Assembly (NCBI GenBank): GCA_035356975.1
Contig: DAORGW010000002.1
Coordinates: 1 to 61,375 of the forward strand
Direction: 5' to 3'
DNA from: a bacterium
GTDB lineage: Bacteria; Patescibacteriota; Patescibacteriia; UBA1558; S5-K13
DNA: 61,375 nucleotides
The notes under the pieces: generated by a model
Seen by the model: only the letters and a program-made list of their open reading frames with translations
What the model was told of the DNA's origin: nothing
Database searches by the model: none
In this document: piece after piece, positions 18,815 to 28,581 of the stretch
How the letters are laid out: every line of letters begins with the position of its first letter
Position numbering within the stretch: position 1 is the first letter of the stretch
Program-made: the position numbers and the translations under genes

Positions 18815-19899
18815 AAATTATTAAAAACTTCAATTGTTTTTTCTGCTGTATTTTTCCAAGTATAATTTTTCAAAATTTCAAAATTTTTCTCAACTAAATA
18901 ATTTTTAAATTCCTGATCTTTTAATATTTTCATTGCTTTTCTTATTGCATCACTTCTAAAATCATTAGTATAACAAATCTCATCTAAATTTATTTCCCGA
19001 AATACTTCTAAGTCGGAAATTAACAATGGAACTTTTAAAATTACTGCCTCAAGAATTGTCATTCCAAATCCCTCAAAATTTGAAAAATTTAAATACAGTG
19101 AACAATTTTTTAAAATCTGAATTTTCTCACCTTCGCCAACGTAACCTAAAATTTTTATATGTTCTTTAAATTTTGAATTATCAATTCTAAATTTTATTTT
19201 TTCATAACCATATCCAGGTCCACCAATTAAAACCAAATCGTAATTTAATCCAAATTCAACACAATAACCATCATAAAAATCTATTAATGATTCTATGTTT
19301 TTCTTTGTCTCTAATCTTCCAATATACACAAAATATTTTTTTAAATTAAATTTTTCTAAAATTTCTCTATTATATATAGTATTTTCATACTTTTCAAAAT
19401 CAATTCCATGAGAAATCACTCTAATTTTTTCTTCATTTATATTATAAATTTTTATTATGTCTTTTTTTGTAAAAAATGATGGTGAGATTATTGCATCTGT
19501 TTTTTTTAATTTATTTGCACCTAAATTCAAAGAAATTTTTTGCAAAAAAGAATAATAGTCCGGATAATGTTTATAGCCCAAATCATGCCAAGTTATAATT
19601 TTTTTACAATGACATATTGGCAGATTATGTGATGGCGAGAAAAAAATATCTAAATTATATTTTTTTAAACTCAGACTAAGTCTAAAAATTGTCCAAAATT
19701 TTTTCATGGGCCAATTTAAAACAATATTTTTTACATTGTTAAAATTTGTAAATTCATAACTTAGTTTTTCTCTGGAAAATAAAAAATATTGATTTTTTTT
19801 ATCAATATTTAAAATATTTTTTACTATATAATAAGAATACCACTCTGTACCGGTTTTCTGTTTGATTTCAATTCTAGAACAATCTATTCCAATATTCAT
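18808..19899 (-). CDS. glycosyltransferase family 4 (group 1)
   Basis: NFSNFEGFGMTILEAV motif and GT-B length. Confidence 0.8.
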   Translation of the reverse strand: MNIGIDCSRIEIKQKTGTEWYSYYIVKNILNIDKKNQYFLFSREKLSYEFTNFNNVKNIVLNWPMKKFWTIFRLSLSLKKYNLDIFFSPSHNLPICHCKKIITWHDLGYKHYPDYYSFLQKISLNLGANKLKKTDAIISPSFFTKKDIIKIYNINEEKIRVISHGIDFEKYENTIYNREILEKFNLKKYFVYIGRLETKKNIESLIDFYDGYCVEFGLNYDLVLIGGPGYGYEKIKFRIDNSKFKEHIKILGYVGEGEKIQILKNCSLYLNFSNFEGFGMTILEAVILKVPLLISDLEVFREINLDEICYTNDFRSDAIRKAMKILKDQEFKNYLVEKNFEILKNYTWKNTAEKTIEVFNNLK

Positions 19900-19974
19900 A
19901 TTATCTATCAGCTTTAGCTATAGGCTATCAGCAATGCATTTCCTAAAAACTGAAAGCTGAATGTTAAAAACTAT

Positions 19975-20988
19975 TTATCTTGCTGACAACAAACTTCTCT
20001 TATATGATTCCAGGTTTTCGAGTGCAATTCCTGTTCCCTTTGCAACACAAAGATATGGATGATCTGATGCATAAGAAGGAACTCCCGTTGTCTGATTTAA
20101 TAATTTATCTAAATTTCTAAGCTGAGCTGTACCACCAGATAAAATCATACCCTTTTCCATAACATCTGCTGATAACTCGGGTGGAGTATCAAATAAAACA
20201 GCTTTTATTGCTGAAATAATTCCATAAATATCATTCTGTAATGCTTCTGTTATGTCATCTGATGTAATTTTCAAAATTCTTGGAAGTCCTGTTATCATGT
20301 CTCTTCCCTTAATCTGCATACTCATTTTTTCCTTATCATCTAAAAATAAAGCTGAGCCGATTTTAATTTTTGCTTGCTCTGAGGTGGACTCACCAATAGC
20401 TAATCCATATTTTTTCTTAATGTGTTCCATTATTGATAAATCAAATTTTGTTCCACCAATTCTTACGGATTTACATGTGACTATTCCACCAAGTGAAATA
20501 ACTGCAATTTCTGTTGTTCCACCACCAAGCTCAACGATCATATGTCCAGAAGCAGAACCAATTGGAATCTCTGCACCTATTGCAGCGGCAAGTGGTTGTT
20601 TAATTATATAAGCTGCTTTTGCCCCTGCTGAAATTGTAGCGCCTATTACCGCCCTTCTTTCTGTTGATGTAATACCCGCGGGAACTGATATCATAACCTC
20701 TGGTCTAAAAATTTTAATTCCAGACAAAGATTTGTTAATAAAATATCTTAACATGCTTTCAGTTGTTCTATAATCTGCAATTACACCATCTTTAAGTGGT
20801 CTATAGGCCATTATAGAATCAGGGGTTCTACCAATCATTTCTTTTGCTTCATTTCCCACTGCTAAAACTTTTTTATCAATAGTTGAAATAGCAACAACAG
20901 ATGGCTCATTTATTATGATCCCCTTTTTGGGTACATAAACTAGTGTTGTTGTCGTGCCCAGATCTATTCCTATTTTTTTTCTAAACAT
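19975..20988 (-). CDS. mreB: MreB-like actin homolog (second paralog)
   Basis: IGIDLGTTTTLVYV, MIVELGGGTTEIAVISLGG and MILSGGTAQLRNLDKLL actin-fold motifs. Confidence 0.9.
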   Translation of the reverse strand: MFRKKIGIDLGTTTTLVYVPKKGIIINEPSVVAISTIDKKVLAVGNEAKEMIGRTPDSIMAYRPLKDGVIADYRTTESMLRYFINKSLSGIKIFRPEVMISVPAGITSTERRAVIGATISAGAKAAYIIKQPLAAAIGAEIPIGSASGHMIVELGGGTTEIAVISLGGIVTCKSVRIGGTKFDLSIMEHIKKKYGLAIGESTSEQAKIKIGSALFLDDKEKMSMQIKGRDMITGLPRILKITSDDITEALQNDIYGIISAIKAVLFDTPPELSADVMEKGMILSGGTAQLRNLDKLLNQTTGVPSYASDHPYLCVAKGTGIALENLESYKRSLLSAR

Positions 20989-21455
20989 TATTTTATATCT
21001 AAAATTTTACACTTAACTTTTCCTTTTGGAACCTCAACTTCAAATTCATCTCCCTTTAATTTTCCAATAAGTGATTGGCCTAGTGGTGAATTATAAGAAA
21101 TTAATCCCTTAAATGGATCGCTATCAGTAGCGCCCACGATTTCAAATTCTTTTTTATTTCCATCAAATTCAACTGATAACCTAGAACCAATTTTAACAAC
21201 TGTACTTTTTGATGACCCTGATGTATCAACTATACTTGATGTTTTAAAAAGATGTTCAATTTCTAGAATTCTTCCTTCTATAAATGCCTGCTCTTCTTTT
21301 GCATCTTGATATTCTGCATTTTCAGACAAATCACCAAATTCCCTTGCCTTGTCTATTCTCTTTGCAACTTCCAATCTCTTTGTTTTTTTTAAATATTCAA
21401 GCTCTTCTTGTAATTTTTTATATCCCTCTTCCGTTAAAAAACTTGTATCTGACAT
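20988..21455 (-). CDS. greA: transcription elongation factor GreA
   Basis: N-terminal coiled coil LTEEGYKKLQEELEYLK...AREFGDLSENAEYQDAKEEQ plus a C-terminal FKBP-like domain. Confidence 0.93.
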   Translation of the reverse strand: MSDTSFLTEEGYKKLQEELEYLKKTKRLEVAKRIDKAREFGDLSENAEYQDAKEEQAFIEGRILEIEHLFKTSSIVDTSGSSKSTVVKIGSRLSVEFDGNKKEFEIVGATDSDPFKGLISYNSPLGQSLIGKLKGDEFEVEVPKGKVKCKILDIK

Positions 21456-21528
21456 AAATTTGTTATTGTTAATAGAAAAACTAGACAGCGCAAAAGCTCT
21501 CTAATTAGTTTAATAATCTGGCAAATTT

Positions 21529-23460
21529 TTATTTCTGCCTATCTTTAAAATACCATAATAAAATATCTCTAGCAAGTGGCACGGCAACACTACTTCCCTC
21601 TCCCCCTCCTTCAATCATAATAGTTATTACTATTTCTGGATTTTCGTATGGAGCATATCCAGTAAACCAGGCGTGTGTTTTTCCTTCATTTCCAAACTGT
21701 GCTGTACCAGTTTTGCCAGTTGCCTCAATAGGAAGAGTAGATAAAAACCTTGAACTTCCAGAAGTAACACCTTGTCTCATTCCTTCTTGAACTAATTGTA
21801 ATTTATCACCGTCAATAAAATTAGAATTTTTGATTTTCACTGGGATAATTTCTTCTATTCCTGAAATATTAATTTTTTTATCAACAATTTTAGGTTCATA
21901 TAATTTTCCTCCATTTGCTATAACGCTCGTAAGCATTGCAATTTGTAGTGGTGTAGCTAAGGCATCACCCTGACCAATACTTAAATGATACGTATCTCCT
22001 ATATACCATGGTTCATTTTTTACCTCTTGTTTCCATTTCTGTGATGGTAAAAATCCACTTGCTTCTCCAGGTAAATCTATTTCTAATTTTTGAGACAAAC
22101 CAAATTTTTTTGCATATTCAACAATTTTTTCTAAACCCAGGCCATTAAAATTATTATAACCACCGCCAACTGTATAAAAAAATGTATTGACAGACTCTGC
22201 TATCGCCTTTAAAACATTTGTAGATCCATGCCCGCCAGATTTCCAGTCAGGAAAAAACCACTCACCATATTTTATTCCACCATTACTCATAAAACTTGTA
22301 TTTCTATCAACTATATTTTCCTGTAAAGCCGCAGCCGCCATTATTAATTTAAATGTTGATCCAGGGGGATATTCTCCCGATATTGCTCTAAAAAACATGG
22401 GTAAGTCGGGGTCTTCTATTAATTTTTTATAATCTTCATTATTTAATTTCTCAGAAAATATATTATTATCATAGGAAGGGGTGGAAATTAACGCTAAAAT
22501 TCTTCCATTTCTTGGATCAACAGCTACAATATTAGCTTTTTTAAATCCTGTTCTTGTTAAAAGATTACTTAATAGTTCATATGATTTTAGCTGTAAATCT
22601 AAATCTAAAGATAAAACAAGGTTTGTTCCATCCTGTGGTTTATCAAATGCAACTTCTTTTATCTCCCTACCCAAAGAATCAACTTCTATTTTTCTTTTCC
22701 CCATTACTCCTCTCAAATCTTTTTCATATTCATATTCTACTCCAGTTTTTCCAATTTTATTATCCAAAAAATATCCCTCATTTTTCAATTCTTCATACTC
22801 TTTATCTGAAATTTTTCCCATATAACCCAGTATATGAGCGAGTGGCTCTTTGTAGATATACTCTCTTTTATTGTTAATAATAACAGAGACTCCATTTAAA
22901 TTTTTTGTAATAACAATAAGTCTCATTGCATCATCATAACTAAGAGATTCTTTTATTATTCTTGGTTTAAAATTTTCTAAAACATCTTTGGAAATATACT
23001 TTGATAAATCAAGCTCATGGTCTCCAACACCATAGCGTAAAATATTTTGAGTCTTTAATAGTTCATCATTATTTTTAGGAAGATCTATGGGCAAAATTTG
23101 AAGAGAAAAACTAGCTCCATTTTTAAGAAGTGGCTTCATATTTCTATCATAAATGATCCCTCGATCTGGATCCACTCTTTTTATTCTAATTCTGTTTTCA
23201 TCTGCAGATAATCTATAATCATCACCACTTAAAATTTGCAAATAAAAAACTCTTCCAAAAATAATTACCCAAACGCAGAGCATAAAAATAGTCATTATTG
23301 AAAATCTATATTTATTTAACAAAATTCCTATATTACCACCACTCTCGTAAGTATTAAAAAAATCTCCCATTCCTCTTTTCTGAGAATAGTCCTTTATTAA
23401 AGAATTTTTTTTATCTGGTCTAGATTTTAAATCTATTTCAGATATTTCAAAATATTCCAT
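21529..23460 (-). CDS. mrdA: penicillin-binding protein 2 (elongasome transpeptidase)
   Basis: N-terminal TM, dimerisation domain, STFK (SxxK), SVN and KTGTA motifs; follows mreBCD. Confidence 0.9.
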   Translation of the reverse strand: MEYFEISEIDLKSRPDKKNSLIKDYSQKRGMGDFFNTYESGGNIGILLNKYRFSIMTIFMLCVWVIIFGRVFYLQILSGDDYRLSADENRIRIKRVDPDRGIIYDRNMKPLLKNGASFSLQILPIDLPKNNDELLKTQNILRYGVGDHELDLSKYISKDVLENFKPRIIKESLSYDDAMRLIVITKNLNGVSVIINNKREYIYKEPLAHILGYMGKISDKEYEELKNEGYFLDNKIGKTGVEYEYEKDLRGVMGKRKIEVDSLGREIKEVAFDKPQDGTNLVLSLDLDLQLKSYELLSNLLTRTGFKKANIVAVDPRNGRILALISTPSYDNNIFSEKLNNEDYKKLIEDPDLPMFFRAISGEYPPGSTFKLIMAAAALQENIVDRNTSFMSNGGIKYGEWFFPDWKSGGHGSTNVLKAIAESVNTFFYTVGGGYNNFNGLGLEKIVEYAKKFGLSQKLEIDLPGEASGFLPSQKWKQEVKNEPWYIGDTYHLSIGQGDALATPLQIAMLTSVIANGGKLYEPKIVDKKINISGIEEIIPVKIKNSNFIDGDKLQLVQEGMRQGVTSGSSRFLSTLPIEATGKTGTAQFGNEGKTHAWFTGYAPYENPEIVITIMIEGGGEGSSVAVPLARDILLWYFKDRQK

Positions 23461-23470
23461 ATTAACCTAA

Positions 23471-23980
23471 TTAACCTATTGAAATAAATCTATTTTTAGT
23501 TTTATGAGATAATGTATTTGTAAGATAATAAAAAAAGCTCGAAATAATAATATTAAAAAATATCGCCTCAAAAAGCATAACAATATATTTCCCAAAATTA
23601 ATATTATAAATACCTAAATTTAAACTATTTATAAGTAAATTGTAAAGAAAGAAAAAAACAAATAAAAAAAATATACCCATCATATTCATCCAAACATATG
23701 TAGAAAATCTGTCATTTGGTAAAAGCTCTTTTTCTATATAATAAAGAATTATAAATATTAATAAAAAAGAAAATATATATACACCAAAATTTATTGCAAA
23801 AAAATCCATAATCACTGCACTCATAAAAGCTACAATAAGTGAATCATTGGGATTATGAAAAAATAAAACGTAAATAAAAAAAATTAATGGTAAATTAAGA
23901 TTTAAAATTCCAAAATCAAAACTTGATTGAATCAAGGCAAGAACAAAAGAAAGTAATATTATAATAATTTTAAATTTCAT
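23471..23980 (-). CDS. mreD: rod shape-determining protein MreD
   Basis: 169-aa polytopic protein directly downstream of, and overlapping, mreC. Confidence 0.7.
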   Translation of the reverse strand: MKFKIIIILLSFVLALIQSSFDFGILNLNLPLIFFIYVLFFHNPNDSLIVAFMSAVIMDFFAINFGVYIFSFLLIFIILYYIEKELLPNDRFSTYVWMNMMGIFFLFVFFFLYNLLINSLNLGIYNINFGKYIVMLFEAIFFNIIISSFFYYLTNTLSHKTKNRFISIG

Positions 23981-24789
23981 TGAATTATCATAACATTTAC
24001 AAAATTTAAAAAATTCATATCAAAAAATGGATAAACAACGGCTGTCTTGAAATAATCTCCATCAGAAAAAGTTAATTCTCTAATCTGACCTATAACTAAA
24101 CCCCTTGGAATATATTCTTCAAATCCAGATGTTGTAACAATATCTCCTGTTTTAACTTTTGAATCTAGTGGAATATAAGACATTTCCATTGCATTTGCTA
24201 AATTACCTTTTAAAATTCCAGATATTTTTTCCTCTCCCTGAATTGAAGCACTTATTAAACTTTTTCTATCCGATAATAACATTACGTCTGCAAAATTATC
24301 ATCTGTTTTTAAAATTGTTCCTATTAAAACTCCATTATATATAACTGGTAAATTGTCAAAAATTCCGTCATTTTTACCAACATTTATTCTGACCATATTC
24401 CCGCTATCTAAATTAAAACCTGAAACAACTTCTCCAGTAACAAATTTTACATTTGGTGTTTTTATATAACCAATTTCATTTTTTAATACTGTATTTTCAT
24501 TTTGTAATTCTTGCAATTTACTATAATCAACAACTCTCTCTGCTAATTGTTTATTCAAATCATTTATATAACTTCTTATTTCTTTATGATGAAAAATATA
24601 ATAAAAATAAGAATCAATATTTTGACTCAAATCATAAGAAGCCGATCTTGGTTTTTCTGTAATATTAAAAAATGTCTTCTTAATTGGAGACAATATTTTA
24701 TTGTAGTTTAGTATTATTAAAAAAAATGCAATTATAACAATCCAAAAAAATAATTTCCTTTTTAAAACTTCTCTCATAAATTTATTCAA
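23977..24789 (-). CDS. mreC: rod shape-determining protein MreC
   Basis: N-terminal TM, coiled coil and beta-barrel region with GDIVTTSG..PRGLVIGQI motifs; located between mreB and mreD. Confidence 0.85.
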   Translation of the reverse strand: MNKFMREVLKRKLFFWIVIIAFFLIILNYNKILSPIKKTFFNITEKPRSASYDLSQNIDSYFYYIFHHKEIRSYINDLNKQLAERVVDYSKLQELQNENTVLKNEIGYIKTPNVKFVTGEVVSGFNLDSGNMVRINVGKNDGIFDNLPVIYNGVLIGTILKTDDNFADVMLLSDRKSLISASIQGEEKISGILKGNLANAMEMSYIPLDSKVKTGDIVTTSGFEEYIPRGLVIGQIRELTFSDGDYFKTAVVYPFFDMNFLNFVNVMIIQ

Positions 24790-24807
24790 TTGAGTTAAAA
24801 TTTTAAA

Positions 24808-25860
24808 CTATCTTCTTCTATGATCAGATGCAGGAGGTAAAAATAAATCTTTTAAATTGTCAAAATCCTCCAAAACAATACCTATTCCGCGAACAACAGT
24901 TGTAAGTGGATCATCAGCTATCGTAACCGGAATCAATGTTTCTTCATATATAAGCTTATCTAATCCACGAAGTCCAGCACCACCACCAGATAAAATCATT
25001 CCTTTTTGATATAAATCAGATACAATTTCTGGGGGGGTTTGTTCTATAACATCTTTTACTGCAACAACTATAGAATCAATTGATCTTTTTATTGCATCTC
25101 TTATCTCATCACTTTTTATTACAATTTCTTTTGGTAATCCATTTAATAAATTTCTTCCCCTAACTTTTATTCTTAAACCCTTTTCAAGGGGCAAAACACT
25201 TCCTATTTTTATTTTAGTTTGTTCTGCAGATCTTTCTCCCAAAAATACATTATATTTTTCTCTTATATAATCAATTATATCATTATCCAGTTTTTCTCCC
25301 GCAATTTTAAGAGATTTTGAAGCAACAATTCCACCAAGTGAAATAACCGCAATTTCTGTTTTTCCCCCACCAATTTCAATAATCATACTTCCACTTGCTT
25401 CCTGAATTGGCAATCTTGCACCAATTGAAGTTGCGACCGGTTGCTCTATTAAATGAACCTCTCTTGCACCTGCAGAAACAGCAACATCTTCTACTGCTTT
25501 TCTCTCTACCTCTGTTATATCAAGTGGAACTCCAATTATAATTCTTGGACGAGGTGCAAAAGAAAATGATTCTTTATGAATTCTATCTACAAAATATTTC
25601 ATCATTTTTTCTGCGACTTCAAAATCAGAAATAATTCCATTTCTAAGAGGTTGTACGGCTGAAATATGTTGAGGCGTTTTACCAAGCATTCTTCTAGCCT
25701 CTTCTCCAACTGACAAAATTTGATCAGTTCTTAAATTAATTGCGACAACGGATGGTTCGTTTATAACAATCCCCTTGCCCTTTACATAGACCAAAGTATT
25801 TGATGTTCCTAAATCAACACCAATATCTTTTGAAAATTTTCCAAAAAAACTCTTCAACAT
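24808..25860 (-). CDS. mreB: rod shape-determining protein MreB
   Basis: IGVDLGTSNTLVYVKGKGIV, MIIEIGGGKTEIAVISLGG and MILSGGGAGLRGLDKLI motifs. Confidence 0.95.
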   Translation of the reverse strand: MLKSFFGKFSKDIGVDLGTSNTLVYVKGKGIVINEPSVVAINLRTDQILSVGEEARRMLGKTPQHISAVQPLRNGIISDFEVAEKMMKYFVDRIHKESFSFAPRPRIIIGVPLDITEVERKAVEDVAVSAGAREVHLIEQPVATSIGARLPIQEASGSMIIEIGGGKTEIAVISLGGIVASKSLKIAGEKLDNDIIDYIREKYNVFLGERSAEQTKIKIGSVLPLEKGLRIKVRGRNLLNGLPKEIVIKSDEIRDAIKRSIDSIVVAVKDVIEQTPPEIVSDLYQKGMILSGGGAGLRGLDKLIYEETLIPVTIADDPLTTVVRGIGIVLEDFDNLKDLFLPPASDHRRR

Positions 25861-25862
25861 AA

Positions 25863-27104
25863 TTATTTAAAAAATTCTTTTTTTAATAAATCAATTGATT
25901 CTTTTTGCGATAAAATTTGACTCGTTTTATCTATTCTCTTTTTTATTTCTATTTTATCACCCAACTTATCACTTAAAATAAACCTATAATAAATTCCAAT
26001 TAAATCAGCATCTTTTAATTTAACCCCCGGATTTTCATTTCTGTCATCATATAGTACTTCAATATTGTTTTTTTGTAAAATATTATAAAATTTATCATCT
26101 TTATTCGTTCTTAAATCAAGTAAATGAACATTAAATGGCGAAACATTTTTTGGCCACATTAATCCGTTTTTATCATTATGAATTTCTGCGATTGTTCCCA
26201 TAACTCTCCCCGGTCCTATACCATAACTCCCCATAAAGACGTCTTGTTTTACACCATTTTCATTTGTAAATTGTAAATCAAGCGCACCTGAAAATTTATA
26301 TCCAAGCGTAAAAATATTTCCAACCTCAACAGCACGCTCCTCAATCAAATCTTTTTTATTCAAACTTAAATTATTTAATACTTCGTCATTGTAAACTTCT
26401 TTATTCACGGCAAGCTTCTTTTTTTTATCAACATAAATTGTATCCTCACCATTTTTAGCTAATGTTTGAAATTCATGTGAATATTTACTAAAAACTCCTC
26501 CGGATGCAAAAGTTAAATAAGTTATATCTCCCAATCCGCATCTTTCAAAAACATTTATGTATGCTTGCTTTGATTTTTCATAAAATATCTCGTGCTCTTT
26601 TTGATCTCTACAAAAAGAATACATATCTTTCATAAGAAACTCTCTGCATCTCATAATTCCACCCTTTGCACGAAGTTCATTTCTAAACTTAGTTTGAATC
26701 TGATATGCAAATTTTGGTAAATCCTTATAGGAGCTTATATAATTTTTCATTAAATTCGTGAGTGGTTCTTCATGTGTAAAGCTAAGTCCTAATTCTGTAT
26801 TATTTTTCAATTTTGTTCTAAACCAATTATCCACCGATTCATCACTCCACCTATCTGTTTTTTTCCATAATTCTGGATTTTGCAATGATGTTAAAAACAA
26901 TTCCTGTCCTCCTATCGCATTCATTTCTTCACGAATTATATTATTTATTTTATTTAGAACCCTAAGTCCAAGGGGTAAATAAACATAAACACCGGCAAGT
27001 TCTTTATAAATAAAACTGGATTTTAAAAGAAATTGGGTGCTTATACTTTTTTCTTCTTTATCAATACTTCTTAGAGTTTTTGTAAAAAGTTGTGATTGTT
27101 TCAT
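25863..27104 (-). CDS. proS: prolyl-tRNA synthetase, compact bacterial-like form (413 aa)
   Basis: Class II aaRS motifs (RAKGGIMRCREFLMKDMYSF; GSYGIGPGR) and an N-terminus typical of ProRS; no room for a full INS editing domain. Confidence 0.8.
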   Translation of the reverse strand: MKQSQLFTKTLRSIDKEEKSISTQFLLKSSFIYKELAGVYVYLPLGLRVLNKINNIIREEMNAIGGQELFLTSLQNPELWKKTDRWSDESVDNWFRTKLKNNTELGLSFTHEEPLTNLMKNYISSYKDLPKFAYQIQTKFRNELRAKGGIMRCREFLMKDMYSFCRDQKEHEIFYEKSKQAYINVFERCGLGDITYLTFASGGVFSKYSHEFQTLAKNGEDTIYVDKKKKLAVNKEVYNDEVLNNLSLNKKDLIEERAVEVGNIFTLGYKFSGALDLQFTNENGVKQDVFMGSYGIGPGRVMGTIAEIHNDKNGLMWPKNVSPFNVHLLDLRTNKDDKFYNILQKNNIEVLYDDRNENPGVKLKDADLIGIYYRFILSDKLGDKIEIKKRIDKTSQILSQKESIDLLKKEFFK

Positions 27105-27132
27105 TTTTTTATTTCGAGCTATGCTCTATATT

Positions 27133-27432
27133 TTAAATATTTTTTGACATTATATTTAACATTCTTTTTATTTCATTTTTTACACTTAAATCATTGTAAT
27201 CTCCACTATGTGCCGTTTGTCCTTGGTATGATGCTTTTTTTTGATCTAAATGTAAATCAAATTCATAAAAATTATTGTTTTTTTCAAAATATAAATGCCA
27301 TCTCGGGTAAAATCCAACATTTGATAATCTTCTTATATAACTATTTTCATATCTTGGATGTAAACGATATCCACATTTTTTCAAAATCACATCAAGATTT
27401 TCTTTAAAATCTGCTTGTATTTTAAATTTCAT
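27133..27432 (-). CDS. hypothetical protein (99 aa)
   Basis: Intact ORF tightly packed between rseP and proS. Confidence 0.5.
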   Translation of the reverse strand: MKFKIQADFKENLDVILKKCGYRLHPRYENSYIRRLSNVGFYPRWHLYFEKNNNFYEFDLHLDQKKASYQGQTAHSGDYNDLSVKNEIKRMLNIMSKNI

Positions 27433-28512
27433 TTATTTATGAAAAACATATTTTAATATATCTTTGTATGTTACTAAAATCATAAGCAACATCAAAAGTC
27501 CAAAACCAACATTGTGAACAATTGCTTCTATTTTCTGATTATTGGGTTTTCTTCTTATTTTTTCAATTAACAAAAACAACAATCTCCCACCATCAAGCGC
27601 TGGAAATGGAAATATATTTATTATTGCTAAATTAATTGATAAAAGTGCCATGAATTGCAATATATAAGAAAATCCCATTGAAACAGCGCGTCCTGTAAAC
27701 ACAGCCACGCCAATTGGACCAGAAACATCTTTAGCGCCCTCACCCCTAAATAAACCCTTTAATAAATTAAAAAATGCATCTCCTATTGCAACAGTTAAAT
27801 TAAAACCTGCTTTAAATCCATATAGAGGAGCTTTATACCAGGGATAAGAAACAACTCCAGTGTCAACCATAGAGATTCCCAAAACTTTTTTATCAGTAAT
27901 CCCCTCTAGGCTTTCTGGCCTTATCTCTACTGATTTATTTTCTTTAGAATCATTAGTTACAACTTTTATATTTTTCTCTTGATTATTATAAACATAATTA
28001 ATAGCCTCATTAGAGTTTGTAAAATTATTATCATCAAAAGAAACTAAATAATCACCAAGTTTTATTCCTGCATTTTGTGCTGGAGAATTTGGATAAACTT
28101 CTATAATTTGTATTTTCTTGTCTCTTATTTTTGCATCACCCGGAAGATCTTCTAATGCAGAGGGTAATCCTATACCAAAACCAATGCTTAATATAATACA
28201 AGCTGAGATAAAATTCATAAAAACTCCAGCAAAAAGAACTATAGCCCTTTTCCAGGCTGGTTGAGATATAAAACTATCTGGATCATTATTATCACCAGAT
28301 TCACCTTTTATTTTTACAAAACCTCCGATTGGAATCCAATTTACAGAATACATTATTCCATTTTTCTTTATACCGAAAATTCTTGGCGGGAATCCGAATC
28401 CAAACTCCTCCACTCCAATGCCTAATTTCCTTGCAGTATAAAAATGTCCTATTTCATGAACAAAAACTATGATACCTAAAATTATAAAAAATATTATTAT
28501 TGTTAAAAACAT
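27433..28512 (-). CDS. rseP: site-2 (RIP) zinc metalloprotease RseP
   Basis: HEIGH zinc motif in TM1, a central PDZ-like segment and a C-terminal NLAIINIFPFPALDGG motif. Confidence 0.92.
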   Translation of the reverse strand: MFLTIIIFFIILGIIVFVHEIGHFYTARKLGIGVEEFGFGFPPRIFGIKKNGIMYSVNWIPIGGFVKIKGESGDNNDPDSFISQPAWKRAIVLFAGVFMNFISACIILSIGFGIGLPSALEDLPGDAKIRDKKIQIIEVYPNSPAQNAGIKLGDYLVSFDDNNFTNSNEAINYVYNNQEKNIKVVTNDSKENKSVEIRPESLEGITDKKVLGISMVDTGVVSYPWYKAPLYGFKAGFNLTVAIGDAFFNLLKGLFRGEGAKDVSGPIGVAVFTGRAVSMGFSYILQFMALLSINLAIINIFPFPALDGGRLLFLLIEKIRRKPNNQKIEAIVHNVGFGLLMLLMILVTYKDILKYVFHK

Positions 28513-28581
28513 ATTATTTGTTTAAAAAATTAAAATACTAGGTTACAAAAATTTTAAATTAAAAGTCAAAAATCTTATAAT

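Noticed and set aside
20252-20611. Antisense ORFs inside well-supported genes: 4794..5039, 9129..9359, 13308..13496, 20252..20611, 22187..22877, 24159..24662, 26758..26982, 28646..29008, 30619..30816, 33256..33979, 40833..41339, 43649..43846, 48026..48232, 48871..49059, 49735..50196, 51050..51247, 54036..54266, 55400..57268, 57504..57800, 58840..59034
   Set aside because: Each is fully embedded antisense (or out of frame) in a gene with clear family motifs. Their low-complexity, Ser/Phe/Leu-rich translations are typical of shadow ORFs in AT-rich DNA.
27096-27407. 103-aa plus-strand ORF overlapping the proS start and the 99-aa minus-strand ORF
   Set aside because: It is a shadow ORF. The minus-strand ORF 27133..27432 fits the tight operon packing between rseP and proS.
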